A program made the translations under genes and the position numbers. Shown piece by piece: positions 51,472 through 62,147 of a stretch of 64,000 nucleotides of DNA. The DNA is from Barthelona sp. PCE. Lineage: Eukaryota. The stretch lies in the NCBI GenBank assembly GCA_040285745.1, contig JAUFOR010000005.1, forward strand, positions 434,001-498,000, in the 5' to 3' direction. Under the pieces are notes generated by a model. It was not told the origin of the DNA and made no database searches. It saw only the letters and a list, made by a program, of their open reading frames with translations. The stretch's first letter is position 1. Every line of letters starts with the position of its first letter.

Positions 51472-52278
51472 TTAAAATAGAATTTTCTTCATGGCGATAA
51501 AACCAGCAATCAAGACAAATACAGTTACAAACATTCTAATAACCTTTCTGTAACGAGTAACAGGACTATACTTATACTTGATGGTTAGTTCAACATTATC
51601 ATACTTACCTTCGTGCTCAAAAACAATGGTAGGGCGTCCTTTAAAATCCAATTGATCCAACTCAGACTCGACAACCTTACCTTCTTCAGGTAGTGACCAC
51701 TCAAATGAGACAATCTCAGCTGTTTCAGGCATTCTGATCTTTGTTGAGACAGTGCGCTTATCACCTGCTAAATTAGGTAGAGCTTGAACTTTTAGAGTAG
51801 TAATATCGTCTTGAGTTTCAATAATTTGATTGGTATTGATCTTGAAACCATAGTAAAATGTAGAACGCCATTGTCCCATGATGGGGTAACGGGGTTTGAT
51901 ATCCATTGTAACATAATCTTTTTTAACGATATAGTTTGAAGTGGAAATATTTCCAATTTGATCACGATAATACAGAGAGTCCAGGTTTAGGTTTTTGGGG
52001 AGGTCAAATTCAACACTCTTGATAGCCTTCATCTGTAGGTTCTGCATTCTAGCATAATCCCAACGAGAGAAACCCTCATCAGCAGATGCAAGATTCTTGA
52101 TCTCAACATCATCTCTGAACTTTGTCTTGCCCCATTCGCCCACGGTGATCACACGAGATACCTTCTCGATGGATATTTTTGCCATATCATCACCGGACAG
52201 CGTGAATGGTTTGTTTGCGCTTACAAATGCAAATCCAACACATAATAGTGCCAATACTAGACAGTTCCACACCTTCAT
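51472..52278 (-). CDS. Ribophorin I (OST subunit 1)-like, short form
   Basis: SRVITVGEWG, FSRWDY, YYRDQIGNISTS, KPRYPIMGQWRSTFYYGF, LDFKGRPTIV; signal peptide and C-terminal TM with KKILF. Confidence 0.85.
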   Translation of the reverse strand: MKVWNCLVLALLCVGFAFVSANKPFTLSGDDMAKISIEKVSRVITVGEWGKTKFRDDVEIKNLASADEGFSRWDYARMQNLQMKAIKSVEFDLPKNLNLDSLYYRDQIGNISTSNYIVKKDYVTMDIKPRYPIMGQWRSTFYYGFKINTNQIIETQDDITTLKVQALPNLAGDKRTVSTKIRMPETAEIVSFEWSLPEEGKVVESELDQLDFKGRPTIVFEHEGKYDNVELTIKYKYSPVTRYRKVIRMFVTVFVLIAGFIAMKKILF

Positions 52279-52486
52279 TTGTGAATTACGTTTGAAACTT
52301 GTACGGGTATTCCAAAAAGAGGTAGTTTGTTACAAAACAAGTTTTGAACGGGGTTTTTGGGAATTGTGAGGGATACTGTCGATTTTAATTCTGGCTTCAC
52401 ACAGAAGTAGTTCACAAAATAGGTTATTGTAGTGGAAAGCTATTTCTCCTCTTTTTCATCACCTTGTTTTATTGCACACGATTACT

Positions 52487-53842
52487 ATGCCATCAAGGGG
52501 CGAACATCCACTCGTAAAGTGTTTCAAATCAGGCGGAAGCAGCTTTAAGTCTTCTTCCTCAGGAAGTAAGTTCGGAAAGAAATCAGATTCCAAATTTGGA
52601 AAGAAATCCGGTTCTAAGTTCGGTTCCAAGTCATCAGGATCCAAATTTGGTAGCAAAAGTAAGTTTGGCAACAAGTCAAAGTTTGGTAAAAAGGATGAGG
52701 ACGATGAGAAGGGTTCTTCTAAGTTCGGAAAGTCCAAGTTCGGCAAGTCTAAATCAAAGTTTGGCAAGGACAGCAAATCTAAGTTCGGAAGCAAACTCGG
52801 AAGTTCAGAAAAAACTATTGTGCAAAAGACTTTGACCATTACAGTGCCAGATCTTGCTCAAACAAGAGAGTTTGCAGCACCTAAGTTTGATGCAATCACA
52901 GTACCTGATCAACGTATTCCCATTAGTACAGATGCTGATCGTTTTGTTAAGGGACCCAGAAGACAACGTCATCGTTTCTCTGACAACCCAAATCTAATCA
53001 AAATCAATCAAACTCCTGTCAAAAAGAATCAGAAATTGAATGACATGTTTATATCTAGACGTTCTCTCAAGAATCTGATGGTTACTCCTCAAGTAATTAA
53101 GACAACAAAGAGAAACATGGGGGCTTCTGATATGGGTCGTAGTGCATTCCATTCTGCTTTATTTAATTCCCCAATGCGTTCATCTATTACACAAACTCCT
53201 GTTGGACAACAATCACCAGATATATTAACAGCATCAATGTTAGAATCACAAACGAAAACTCCTGAAAGTATGATAGGTCAAACTATCCTTATGGAGACTG
53301 CACATACGCCAAGAGATACAGTTATGCGAACAGTACCAGATTATGGTACTCCAGAATCTATTAGAGCATCCGGTATGATGCCAGCTTCATTGAATATGCC
53401 CAGGATGCCTGATGGCTTTTTGGAATTGGGAAATTTGAACAGTAACGTTGAATTAAAAGAATTATCATTAACAGAGGCTAGACATGTCGAAGGATTTGAA
53501 TTGAGTAATAAGTTTGGTTCCATTGAATGGCAGGAGCCTGTTAATCTCATGGATGACAATGATTGTTGGTTACCTCTTAGTGATATCGTTTATATAGTTG
53601 AGCACAATGCAGAGATTGATACCGAAACAGATTATAATATTGATGGTTTACTTAAACCTGCCATCATTACGCTGCATGATATTATTCCTCAGGATATGTC
53701 TGGGCTATCAGATATTGAGAAACATACAGTTTTAAATGGTTTAGAATCACATTTAAAGGAATTGTGTGAAGAAAATGGTGCAGATTTTATTGATTATGAT
53801 CGTAAGAATTACATTTGGAAGTTTTATGTAAACGAATGGTAA
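52487..53842 (+). CDS. Nup98/Nup145N-like nucleoporin (FG repeats + C-terminal autoproteolytic-fold domain)
   Basis: Ten SKFG repeats; HVEGFELSNKFGSIEWQEPVNL, LSDIVYI, LLKPAIITL, GADFIDYD..IWKFYVNEW match the Nucleoporin2/S59 domain. Confidence 0.78.
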   Translation: MPSRGEHPLVKCFKSGGSSFKSSSSGSKFGKKSDSKFGKKSGSKFGSKSSGSKFGSKSKFGNKSKFGKKDEDDEKGSSKFGKSKFGKSKSKFGKDSKSKFGSKLGSSEKTIVQKTLTITVPDLAQTREFAAPKFDAITVPDQRIPISTDADRFVKGPRRQRHRFSDNPNLIKINQTPVKKNQKLNDMFISRRSLKNLMVTPQVIKTTKRNMGASDMGRSAFHSALFNSPMRSSITQTPVGQQSPDILTASMLESQTKTPESMIGQTILMETAHTPRDTVMRTVPDYGTPESIRASGMMPASLNMPRMPDGFLELGNLNSNVELKELSLTEARHVEGFELSNKFGSIEWQEPVNLMDDNDCWLPLSDIVYIVEHNAEIDTETDYNIDGLLKPAIITLHDIIPQDMSGLSDIEKHTVLNGLESHLKELCEENGADFIDYDRKNYIWKFYVNEW

Positions 53843-53935
53843 TATTTCAGTTATTTCAGCATAATTTTTTCAAACTACTAATAAAATAATATTTACTCAA
53901 AATGAATAAATTCAATGAACTATGACGCATATTCA

Positions 53936-55138
53936 TCATTCAACACAACAGCAACCACATAAAAGCATACAGCATTCAGGATCACAATCACAATCACAAT
54001 CCAAATCACAATCCAAGTCACAGTCACAATTACAATCATTAAAACATTCATCAAAACACAAAATTGTGTCGCGGTAGCTGTCATCATTTCTCATATTAAT
54101 ACCTAAACTATTTGTCTTTAAAGTATCAAAACGATCATCAGGCGTATCCAAAAGAGAATAGTTCACTTTCTCCGCTTGCTCTATCTCTGTGCTCAAAAGC
54201 AGCACGTGTGCTGCAGCAGCACTAGATAATATCAATGACTCATCAGGTTGTTTTTGCTTAATAGGCTTAATTCGTGGTTTCAGATCATCGCACACAGAAA
54301 CGCTTCTTCCAGCGCTGGGTTCAACTGATACATGATCTTTTGCAATGGAATTCATCTTCAAATCATCCGTTATCTCATACTTTTGATCATCATTAGAAAT
54401 GCTCATAGTGTATATCTCATTGTTTGGAAATGAAAGCGTAACAAAAATAATCTCATCGCGCATTGTCACGTTACAAGCATTAAACGAATAGCTGTTGGTC
54501 GCTGAAATCGAAATGTCCAGCTCAGTCACAATATGCGGGAGAATCGTCCGCTCTCCAGAATCTATATTGTAAAGCCAGATAATAGACTCATTCAGATGCA
54601 GATGCTTGGTGGCGATCACCCAGTTGTTGGGGCAAAGGTAAAAACTTGTAATCGGAAACGGAAGATGGTGCTCGGTTCTGTTCACGAGCGATCCGTCGTT
54701 AAGTACTAAGTAAGTGGTTATGACGTTTTGGTTAGCACCAATGATACCCAGGTCCCTACCATGTACGCTCATGTGAGTGTAAACTTCCGGAACAACGACA
54801 CGGTTCAGAATTTTAATACCATCATTGTTGTATCTGAAAGTAACAAAGTGCGTCTCGCACAATCCATCTCTGACGATACCCATGGCTCCGTACGTGCCAC
54901 CGCATGACATCAAGATCTTTTCAGGATTTGTTACGTTGATGAGTGATGACAGGTTGTTGTCGAGCTGTGTGTCGATGGACGTGCCCCCTATGCTCGAGTG
55001 CCGGGTAACTTTCCATGCACCTACGTCATACGGGGAAAGCAAGATATGAACGTGTTTGAACGTGCATTTTGAAGCGTAATTGGGTGACTTTCGGGTTATA
55101 TTCGTGATGTTTCGTGCTCTATCTGTATTTCTGCTCAT
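53936..55138 (-). CDS. Hypothetical protein with Cys/Asp-rich C-terminus
   Basis: Beta-rich body; tail CFDECFNDCNCDCDLDCDLDCDCDCDPECCMLLCGCCCVE. Confidence 0.7.
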   Translation of the reverse strand: MSRNTDRARNITNITRKSPNYASKCTFKHVHILLSPYDVGAWKVTRHSSIGGTSIDTQLDNNLSSLINVTNPEKILMSCGGTYGAMGIVRDGLCETHFVTFRYNNDGIKILNRVVVPEVYTHMSVHGRDLGIIGANQNVITTYLVLNDGSLVNRTEHHLPFPITSFYLCPNNWVIATKHLHLNESIIWLYNIDSGERTILPHIVTELDISISATNSYSFNACNVTMRDEIIFVTLSFPNNEIYTMSISNDDQKYEITDDLKMNSIAKDHVSVEPSAGRSVSVCDDLKPRIKPIKQKQPDESLILSSAAAAHVLLLSTEIEQAEKVNYSLLDTPDDRFDTLKTNSLGINMRNDDSYRDTILCFDECFNDCNCDCDLDCDLDCDCDCDPECCMLLCGCCCVE

Positions 55139-55200
55139 AAATTTCGAGCTGAAAGAGGTTATGAAAATTTGTTCGTTTTCAGTATTCTCACCACATCCAC

Positions 55201-56767
55201 ATGCCTAGGGTTCGTAAATTCGAGGACGACCTTGTCATCAGGGCATATCCCGAGGGGCAGATGATATTTGAGGACCAGGGCGTAGTATTGCTTAAGTCAA
55301 GAGAAAAATTCAGCCTCATTGAAAGCGCCATTGAAGGCAAGGACTTTGTTGGGTATGTGGAGGATACGCGTAAGCCTCTTCAGTACACATCCAAATTAAA
55401 AGCTGGAGAATCTTACATGATCATCGAACAGCTTTTGGATGATAGTAACTTTTTAACCCATATTGATATCTTATTATTTAGTGATATCATGAGTGATGAA
55501 CATACAAGAAGGAGAATACCCTTCCCATTTGAGATGAACAACTTTAGGAGGCTATTCAGCAGAATAATTCCGATGGATGAAAACCACCTACTGTTAACCA
55601 TTGGTGATGCCGTTAATAATAGAAGAGTGATACAATCCTACATATTAAATGTGCTAACCTATGATTATAGATGTCTTGGAGAATATTACTCAATTTCGGT
55701 GAGAACTCCAAACTACATTTTGTTGAGGAATTGCCAAGATGATACCATATGGCATTACAATTTTTCTGTTGATGACATGGACGAGGCACATGAACCTGAT
55801 ATTGAGCAGTTGGATGATATTTATTTAAGATTCTTCGGGTGTTTAAACTCGGATTGCATTTTCTCAGCCAGGTTTCGCGATCAAGAAATTGATGAACTAA
55901 TAATATTTGACAGTCAAAGGAACCAAGTTAACTTGACAGAAAGGTTTCCGCAGCTTAAAGGATTGTTTATTGGTAGTAACTCAGATTTTACATTATTGAC
56001 GCTTTCTCAAGATGTTTTGTCAATGATAGTTATTTATTCAAGTTTCATGGTGGTGGTTCATATCGAAAACGACGAATTGAAGATGTTAGAGGGTGAAATG
56101 AATCTTGATTATGTACTCTGCAATGACTTGAAGCATATAGATTTGAACGATAATTACTTTCATGATGAAGATTGTGTTTTTTATGGTGTTGATGAAAGAA
56201 CAAAACTTTGTGGCCTAATCAAATTCAGAACAGTTGATAATGAGGTGATGCGTTTGAAAAGTCTTCATCCAACAGACATTTTTTTTTGATGGAATAGCGG
56301 AAGTGTATGATGATAACGCTTCGATAAGATATTACTTTTTTTTCAAAGAAAAGAAGCTTATTGTGCTGCATGGGCCATGGAAACAAAATTTACGTATACG
56401 CTGCGAGATCCTATTAGTTCAATCAAATGAAGGAGATGATTTTATTGTAATAGAAGAAGTGAAACATAGTGAAGCTACTACATATGTCAAATTACGCTGG
56501 GACGGCTCAGAATCCAAACCCGTCACAACCATTTTGCCTCATTACTCAAACTACAATTTAAACAATGTGAATATGCAAAATATGCCTAATAGTGTTTTTC
56601 AAGACATTTCATACGAAAAAGAGACCAAGACAATGGTGTTGAAAACTTGCAATATTGAGGAAGACCCGGAATCGATGAATCCCACAGTGGAAACGTTCCA
56701 CCTTCCATCGTTTATGGCCGAAGCATCCATCGTTGAGTTTCACATGCCAGATTATCATGAGTATTGA
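55201..56767 (+). pseudogene. Hypothetical gene split by a single-base frameshift in a T9 run (pseudogene or sequencing error)
   Basis: ORFs 55201-56289 and 56303-56767 join into one frame if one T is removed from 56279-56287 (att ttt ttt gat gga ata gcg gaa gtg). Confidence 0.65.
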
Positions 56768-56849
56768 CGTGATGAATAGCTTCCAAGAGGCATAGTATAA
56801 TTTTTTTATTTTAAAGAAAATTGCAAGTATGAAGCATATTTTGTGATGT

Positions 56850-59800
56850 TTATTCAATAAGAGACAACCAATGAGACAGTTGCTCATGTAATTCCGGTAG
56901 GGGCTGTATCTTAGCCATGGTTTTTTTAATTTTTTTGAACAGTTTTGCACGTTTTTTTGGCTTCATAGGGTTGGTAATATGTTTCTGAACGGTTAACTGA
57001 CACAATAGCGCAATAGTTCTCCATACACCGAATACAGCGGTTGATAAAGCATCGATAGGACCTATGCGTAACTTATTAGGCCTGAACAGTACATTAGTTT
57101 TAAAAACTCGACGATCTAATGCCTCACTTGGATGGTATATACTTTGTTTAGATTCTGTGAAGAAAAGTGCACGTTCAACCAACTGTTGTGTGTTTGAAAG
57201 ATCTTCTTTGTTACCGCTGATCATAAAAACAACAAGGGAATAATATGCACAAAGTACATTGATAACAGGGCTTGTAGGCTCAAGTAAAAGCGTACTTTGT
57301 AATCTACATAAGGCCTTTCGAATATAATCAACACACTCAATCTTTTGAAACTCAGGTGCGAACGATAGAGGATCATGTTGTATCTGTGCAGCTTCCAGCT
57401 CCTCGGATGTTCCAGTCTCCAACAACATACGATACATATCGTCAATGTTAAGCTCCTGTTCAGGTTTTGCTTCTGCTTTATCGTGCTCGAACGGCATGTT
57501 AATGAGGGCAAGAGAATAAAAACAATGTGCAAGAACTTGTTGAGCAGGCGTCACACCGATACGTGTAGCATACACACTCTGCTTAATGAACCTAGACAAA
57601 AAGTGCTCAATAGTGTTGTCGAGCATGGCCGCTGTAACCTCGTCGCTTATGAGAGATATCATACGTAGACTTCGCACCTCGTTTATGGTCTGGAATGCAG
57701 TCTTCCATGCAAAGTCATCATCATTCTTGATAATTCTAAGCAAATCTGTCAGCATAGGATGATGAACTTCATCTAATATTGTAAGGTCACCACGATCAAT
57801 GAACTCGCAGTATTTCAACCAGCTGCGGATAAACGGAAGAATATTATGTAATTGTGGAACGTTTACCATTAATTCAGTCGATTCCAAAATTGTTAGTGGT
57901 CCACTATCGGGATCATAAATAATTGACCATTTCTGATCAACCAACAACTGATCATCGTAGTCAGACTCCTCTTCGATCACCTCTCGGTTAAATTCAAAGT
58001 GTTCAGGATCTAAAACAGCTGATGAAATTAGAAACACTAACAAAACACGTGATAATAGATAATGCTGTGCTGGTGTTCGATCTACGATACCATTAAGCAT
58101 CTCATATAGCACCAACGCCTGACTTGAAGCTTTAAGGTAATCACCGATCAATAAAGAATAAAGAGCTTGAAGATAAGATACAGAACTATCACTAGTTGTG
58201 CTTGAAATATTGTCCAATTTATGTGCTACATTATGGTCCATACTGAATTCGGTCTTTTTGGCGTTTCTATCGTGTTCCGAGTACCACAATGACGAAACGA
58301 TATCTAAAACCTGCAAGACATAAGAAGAACCTAAAGTTTTAGCAAATCTCATTGATGACTCAAGCTTACCAAATACAATTTCTCTATCTGCAGAAGTAAA
58401 TCCTTCGTTAACTGAAAGAATTAAAACATACAATACACTAAATGCCTCATGTAAAGCAAAATCTTTTTGACTAAATGTCTCTGCCACCTGTAAAGTCTTG
58501 TATGCCTCAACAAGGTACCCCTTTCGAAGGTGGTAATGTGCTAGTTGAATTAAGTAACATGCACGTTCCTCCCCAGCAGAAAGATTCACAGCCTGTACGA
58601 TACACATTTGCTCATACTTGGGGTCGACGCAAGTTTCAGCGCTGAGAGACCAAGCCATTGGGTTATGGGGCTCAAGCTTCATCAGGCGACTGAGATATGA
58701 ACGACAGAGATCGAAAAGTTCATTGACACGATGTAAAGACAGATTTGGCTCAATGAGCTTCAGAGGAATCACACTTATTTGTTTAGTCACAACTGCATCC
58801 ATGAAGAATGTGTACAAGCGAACAATACTGAGTGATACTTCGCAATAGTTTTCGATTATAGTCATGTAAATATCAACATGTTGAGAAAATTCTTTCTCAA
58901 AACGCTTAATGATGTGATCAAAACGCTCAACAAGAACATAATTCACATCAATTTCTTCATCAACAACGAGATCAAGTGTGTCAACAACGTAGTTACCCTC
59001 AATTAATCTTAACAGGTCAAGCTTATAATCAAAACTACAATTGCTTTTGATGATTGTGTTGAAGCAACCTAGAACTGAGCTTATCCTTTCCAATATGAGC
59101 TCATTGAAGTGCTTGACGCCAGTTAGAGACTCAATTAACGTGATAAGACAGAATAAGAACGATGGAGAACCGTCTGGGCCATCTAAAAATACCAAAGAGT
59201 GATTACCCTGTGTTACAGCAGCGGTTACACTGTCAGAAAGGGCGTAGAGGAATATGCGATGAAGAGGCTCCTTAAATAGCACCTCGATTATCTCTTCATT
59301 TGTTGCATCCTCTGAGACAACTCCTAGGGCATAGTCAAATAACTGTTTGACAGCAAGGTACGGTGTTTCATTATGTAAGTGGATCTGCGACATCAAAACG
59401 GTTGTTTGTAGAGCCATATAACCAGATGGAAGCGTTTTAAGAAGTTCAAGAGGTCGTTTGATACGATCTGTTGAAAATTCAAGGCTTGCTAATAAGAATG
59501 TAGCCTCGTGAAGCACATTCTTATCTTGTGAATCGAGCAGAGCTTCAAAAAGCACTTTAGCTCCTTCAATATCACCATTATTATATTTTCTTCTACCCAT
59601 TAACAAATTTGCCCACTCTATAGAGAAGTTAACACTGTGAACTATATCTACTAATTCTACTAATTCATCGTATGTACAAATCTCCTTTGCCAACTCAAAT
59701 GATGTGGCAGGACTGAGTATAATAAGTTCTTTAGCAATATTCTTATCACCAGTCTTTTCATACTCCTTTCTCAATAAGAAAGTTGTATCGTGAACAATAC

Positions 59801-62147
59801 CAACGAAATTATCGTCCTCACCTTCAGGAAGTGTGCTGATGAGATCAATGAGCGCGTATTGAGGGTAAATAATTGCCATTGATAGTAATTGGTTGAGTGT
59901 GGGTTCCAAAAACAATTTGATAATACTGTCGTTCTTAAAAAGAATACCTCTTGCGACTGCAGCACGCTCTATTGACTGTATGTCAGCAGTGGGTATTTGT
60001 GATTCATGTAGTTCATCAACATACAACAAGACATGCAAAAAAAGACATATTGCAACTATATGTGTACGACTATCACTGCTGATCATATCATAGAAGCCAT
60101 ATACTCCGTTAGTGTAATACTGAACAAGCTCATCCCGAAGCTCATGACTGAACTGATTTAATTCGTAAGCTTGTTCAACCAACATTATATTAATGAGATG
60201 AAAATACATGACTGCAGCCGAATTTGCATTGGTATTGACAGTCTGGAGGATGGAGTCACTGTTGTCTGATGTATAGAATCTCCTACCGAGCGATAATACA
60301 TGATTAAGTTCAAGGAAAATATTGAAAAAAAACAATGGAATAATTTGTCGTTCGTCAAAAAATAGCTGTATTCTGCTCTCAACCTCCTTGTACAACTCCA
60401 ATAAATCAGTAACACTCAGATTAAAACGATAATACTGAATGTATGATTCAAGAAGAATAATTGCGATTGAATCAGATAATGTGAACTGCTGTGACCTACT
60501 TTCACGTAACGTGAATACATGATTAACAAAAGAAAACAATTGGGGTGAAATACCACATGTCAATTGTGTAACCTCAAAAGTCACTACTCCATCTGGAAGA
60601 TCAGGGACTCTGCCCCCGTGCTCAATCAAATGGATAGCAAGTAGCTCATGTGCGGTAGGACAGATTGGCCACCATACGTAAAGTAAATTAAGTAGAACAG
60701 CATCAAAAGATAACATAAACTGTTTGCGAGCCATGAAAAATTCGTTTAGCTTCTTTGCAATGCGCAAAAAGAGTAGATCTTCTAGTGCTTCAGGTCTGAA
60801 TTCTACTAAATAAGTAACTAGATTGGTCAATGTTGAAAAATTGACGAGTCGTTCGGGTGAAAGCTCTAAACAGGTAGTGAAGAAGTCAGATAAAACATCT
60901 GCTGTCAACCTACTGTCATCGTTTGTAGTAATTACATGATCAATAATATCTGTAACCAATTTTGTTGTGAGTTTGGAAATTTCATTTAAAACAAATTTTT
61001 TCTTAACAGGAAGTTGTTTCAAAAAATCTAATCTATCCCCGTCGTTCAAATTCTTGACATAACTATCACTATCTGTTAACAATAAGTGCAAAACTTTTTC
61101 ATCTGACTGATATGATTTAACCAACATAATAATTGGTTTTAAACTTTGAAAACAATGTCTCTTCTTCCATAGATTGTTGTCATAGAATGCCGGTCTACCC
61201 GTCCATGTTAGTGAACAAAGTGAAAATATTTGTATATGTTCATATAAAACTTTTAGTACAATATCCATATCATTAACTTTTTCAAATTGAATAAGATCAT
61301 TATAAGTAATGACGGACGTCTCATTACCTATAAAAAAAGATCTACTCATCTCTTTGTCATAAACATCCAAGTCAGGTTTTTCCATTAAATCTTGTGTTTG
61401 ATCAATTTCATCTAACGGACATGGCATAGGTAATGCAATTACGTTCATATAAAATGCATGGAATAAGTACACAAAATCTTCAAGATCATGATCAAAAATT
61501 CGATTTGGAAAAGGATTCATACCTAAAACTTCTTTAGCTTTTTTAGTAAATTTTTTTGAATTCTCAATATCATTTTTTTTAATATATAAACAAAATTTAT
61601 AATAAAAATCATTTAATGAGAAATCTTCAAAGTAATCAGATAGAATTGAAGTATTGATTAGCTCTCCTTCTGAAGAAATGGTGCAGTTTTCCAATAAATG
61701 AACACTCACGTACCATTTCCATTTCTTGTAGATAAACCTCCTCAGTTCGTAAAAGAGCTTGCTTCCTTCCATCCACCAGAACTCTTCTGTGCATATATGA
61801 TTTATGTTAAGTGGAAAACACTGTTCTTGAAGTAAAAAGATATATTGATGTAGAATGTGCCTTTTTGAGGGCGGAATGAATGCAGCGACCAGCTTCACAA
61901 GGCTGAGTAGCTTATCCAAATCCTCTAACTCAACAGAAGGATCAAAGTATTCCCCTTTATCGTTATTAGTCCAGAGTTCAGAAAGTAGCTGGACGATTGC
62001 GTTTTCCTTGTGCAACAAGATGTCAAGCAATTGATTTGAACCACGCTTTGCGAAACGCATAATTTCCTCGTTAAATTCCTCTAAGTTCGCTGTGATGCGA
62101 AAATTCTCCTTGAGTTCGTGTACAACCTCGCTGAGATAGTATATCAT
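56850..62147 (-). CDS. Large TPR/helical protein, Ski3/TTC37-like
   Basis: LEPHNPMAWSLSA..EQMCIVQAVNLS..LIQLAHYHLRKGYLVEAYKTLQVAE resembles the Ski3 TPR block; further TPR-like units. ATG at 62147. Confidence 0.45.
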   Translation of the reverse strand: MIYYLSEVVHELKENFRITANLEEFNEEIMRFAKRGSNQLLDILLHKENAIVQLLSELWTNNDKGEYFDPSVELEDLDKLLSLVKLVAAFIPPSKRHILHQYIFLLQEQCFPLNINHICTEEFWWMEGSKLFYELRRFIYKKWKWYVSVHLLENCTISSEGELINTSILSDYFEDFSLNDFYYKFCLYIKKNDIENSKKFTKKAKEVLGMNPFPNRIFDHDLEDFVYLFHAFYMNVIALPMPCPLDEIDQTQDLMEKPDLDVYDKEMSRSFFIGNETSVITYNDLIQFEKVNDMDIVLKVLYEHIQIFSLCSLTWTGRPAFYDNNLWKKRHCFQSLKPIIMLVKSYQSDEKVLHLLLTDSDSYVKNLNDGDRLDFLKQLPVKKKFVLNEISKLTTKLVTDIIDHVITTNDDSRLTADVLSDFFTTCLELSPERLVNFSTLTNLVTYLVEFRPEALEDLLFLRIAKKLNEFFMARKQFMLSFDAVLLNLLYVWWPICPTAHELLAIHLIEHGGRVPDLPDGVVTFEVTQLTCGISPQLFSFVNHVFTLRESRSQQFTLSDSIAIILLESYIQYYRFNLSVTDLLELYKEVESRIQLFFDERQIIPLFFFNIFLELNHVLSLGRRFYTSDNSDSILQTVNTNANSAAVMYFHLINIMLVEQAYELNQFSHELRDELVQYYTNGVYGFYDMISSDSRTHIVAICLFLHVLLYVDELHESQIPTADIQSIERAAVARGILFKNDSIIKLFLEPTLNQLLSMAIIYPQYALIDLISTLPEGEDDNFVGIVHDTTFLLRKEYEKTGDKNIAKELIILSPATSFELAKEICTYDELVELVDIVHSVNFSIEWANLLMGRRKYNNGDIEGAKVLFEALLDSQDKNVLHEATFLLASLEFSTDRIKRPLELLKTLPSGYMALQTTVLMSQIHLHNETPYLAVKQLFDYALGVVSEDATNEEIIEVLFKEPLHRIFLYALSDSVTAAVTQGNHSLVFLDGPDGSPSFLFCLITLIESLTGVKHFNELILERISSVLGCFNTIIKSNCSFDYKLDLLRLIEGNYVVDTLDLVVDEEIDVNYVLVERFDHIIKRFEKEFSQHVDIYMTIIENYCEVSLSIVRLYTFFMDAVVTKQISVIPLKLIEPNLSLHRVNELFDLCRSYLSRLMKLEPHNPMAWSLSAETCVDPKYEQMCIVQAVNLSAGEERACYLIQLAHYHLRKGYLVEAYKTLQVAETFSQKDFALHEAFSVLYVLILSVNEGFTSADREIVFGKLESSMRFAKTLGSSYVLQVLDIVSSLWYSEHDRNAKKTEFSMDHNVAHKLDNISSTTSDSSVSYLQALYSLLIGDYLKASSQALVLYEMLNGIVDRTPAQHYLLSRVLLVFLISSAVLDPEHFEFNREVIEEESDYDDQLLVDQKWSIIYDPDSGPLTILESTELMVNVPQLHNILPFIRSWLKYCEFIDRGDLTILDEVHHPMLTDLLRIIKNDDDFAWKTAFQTINEVRSLRMISLISDEVTAAMLDNTIEHFLSRFIKQSVYATRIGVTPAQQVLAHCFYSLALINMPFEHDKAEAKPEQELNIDDMYRMLLETGTSEELEAAQIQHDPLSFAPEFQKIECVDYIRKALCRLQSTLLLEPTSPVINVLCAYYSLVVFMISGNKEDLSNTQQLVERALFFTESKQSIYHPSEALDRRVFKTNVLFRPNKLRIGPIDALSTAVFGVWRTIALLCQLTVQKHITNPMKPKKRAKLFKKIKKTMAKIQPLPELHEQLSHWLSLIE

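Noticed and set aside
51601-51610. ATACTTACCT, identical to the U1 snRNA 5' end
   Set aside because: It is the antisense of codons in the ribophorin-like CDS, and no U1 stem-loops or Sm site follow.
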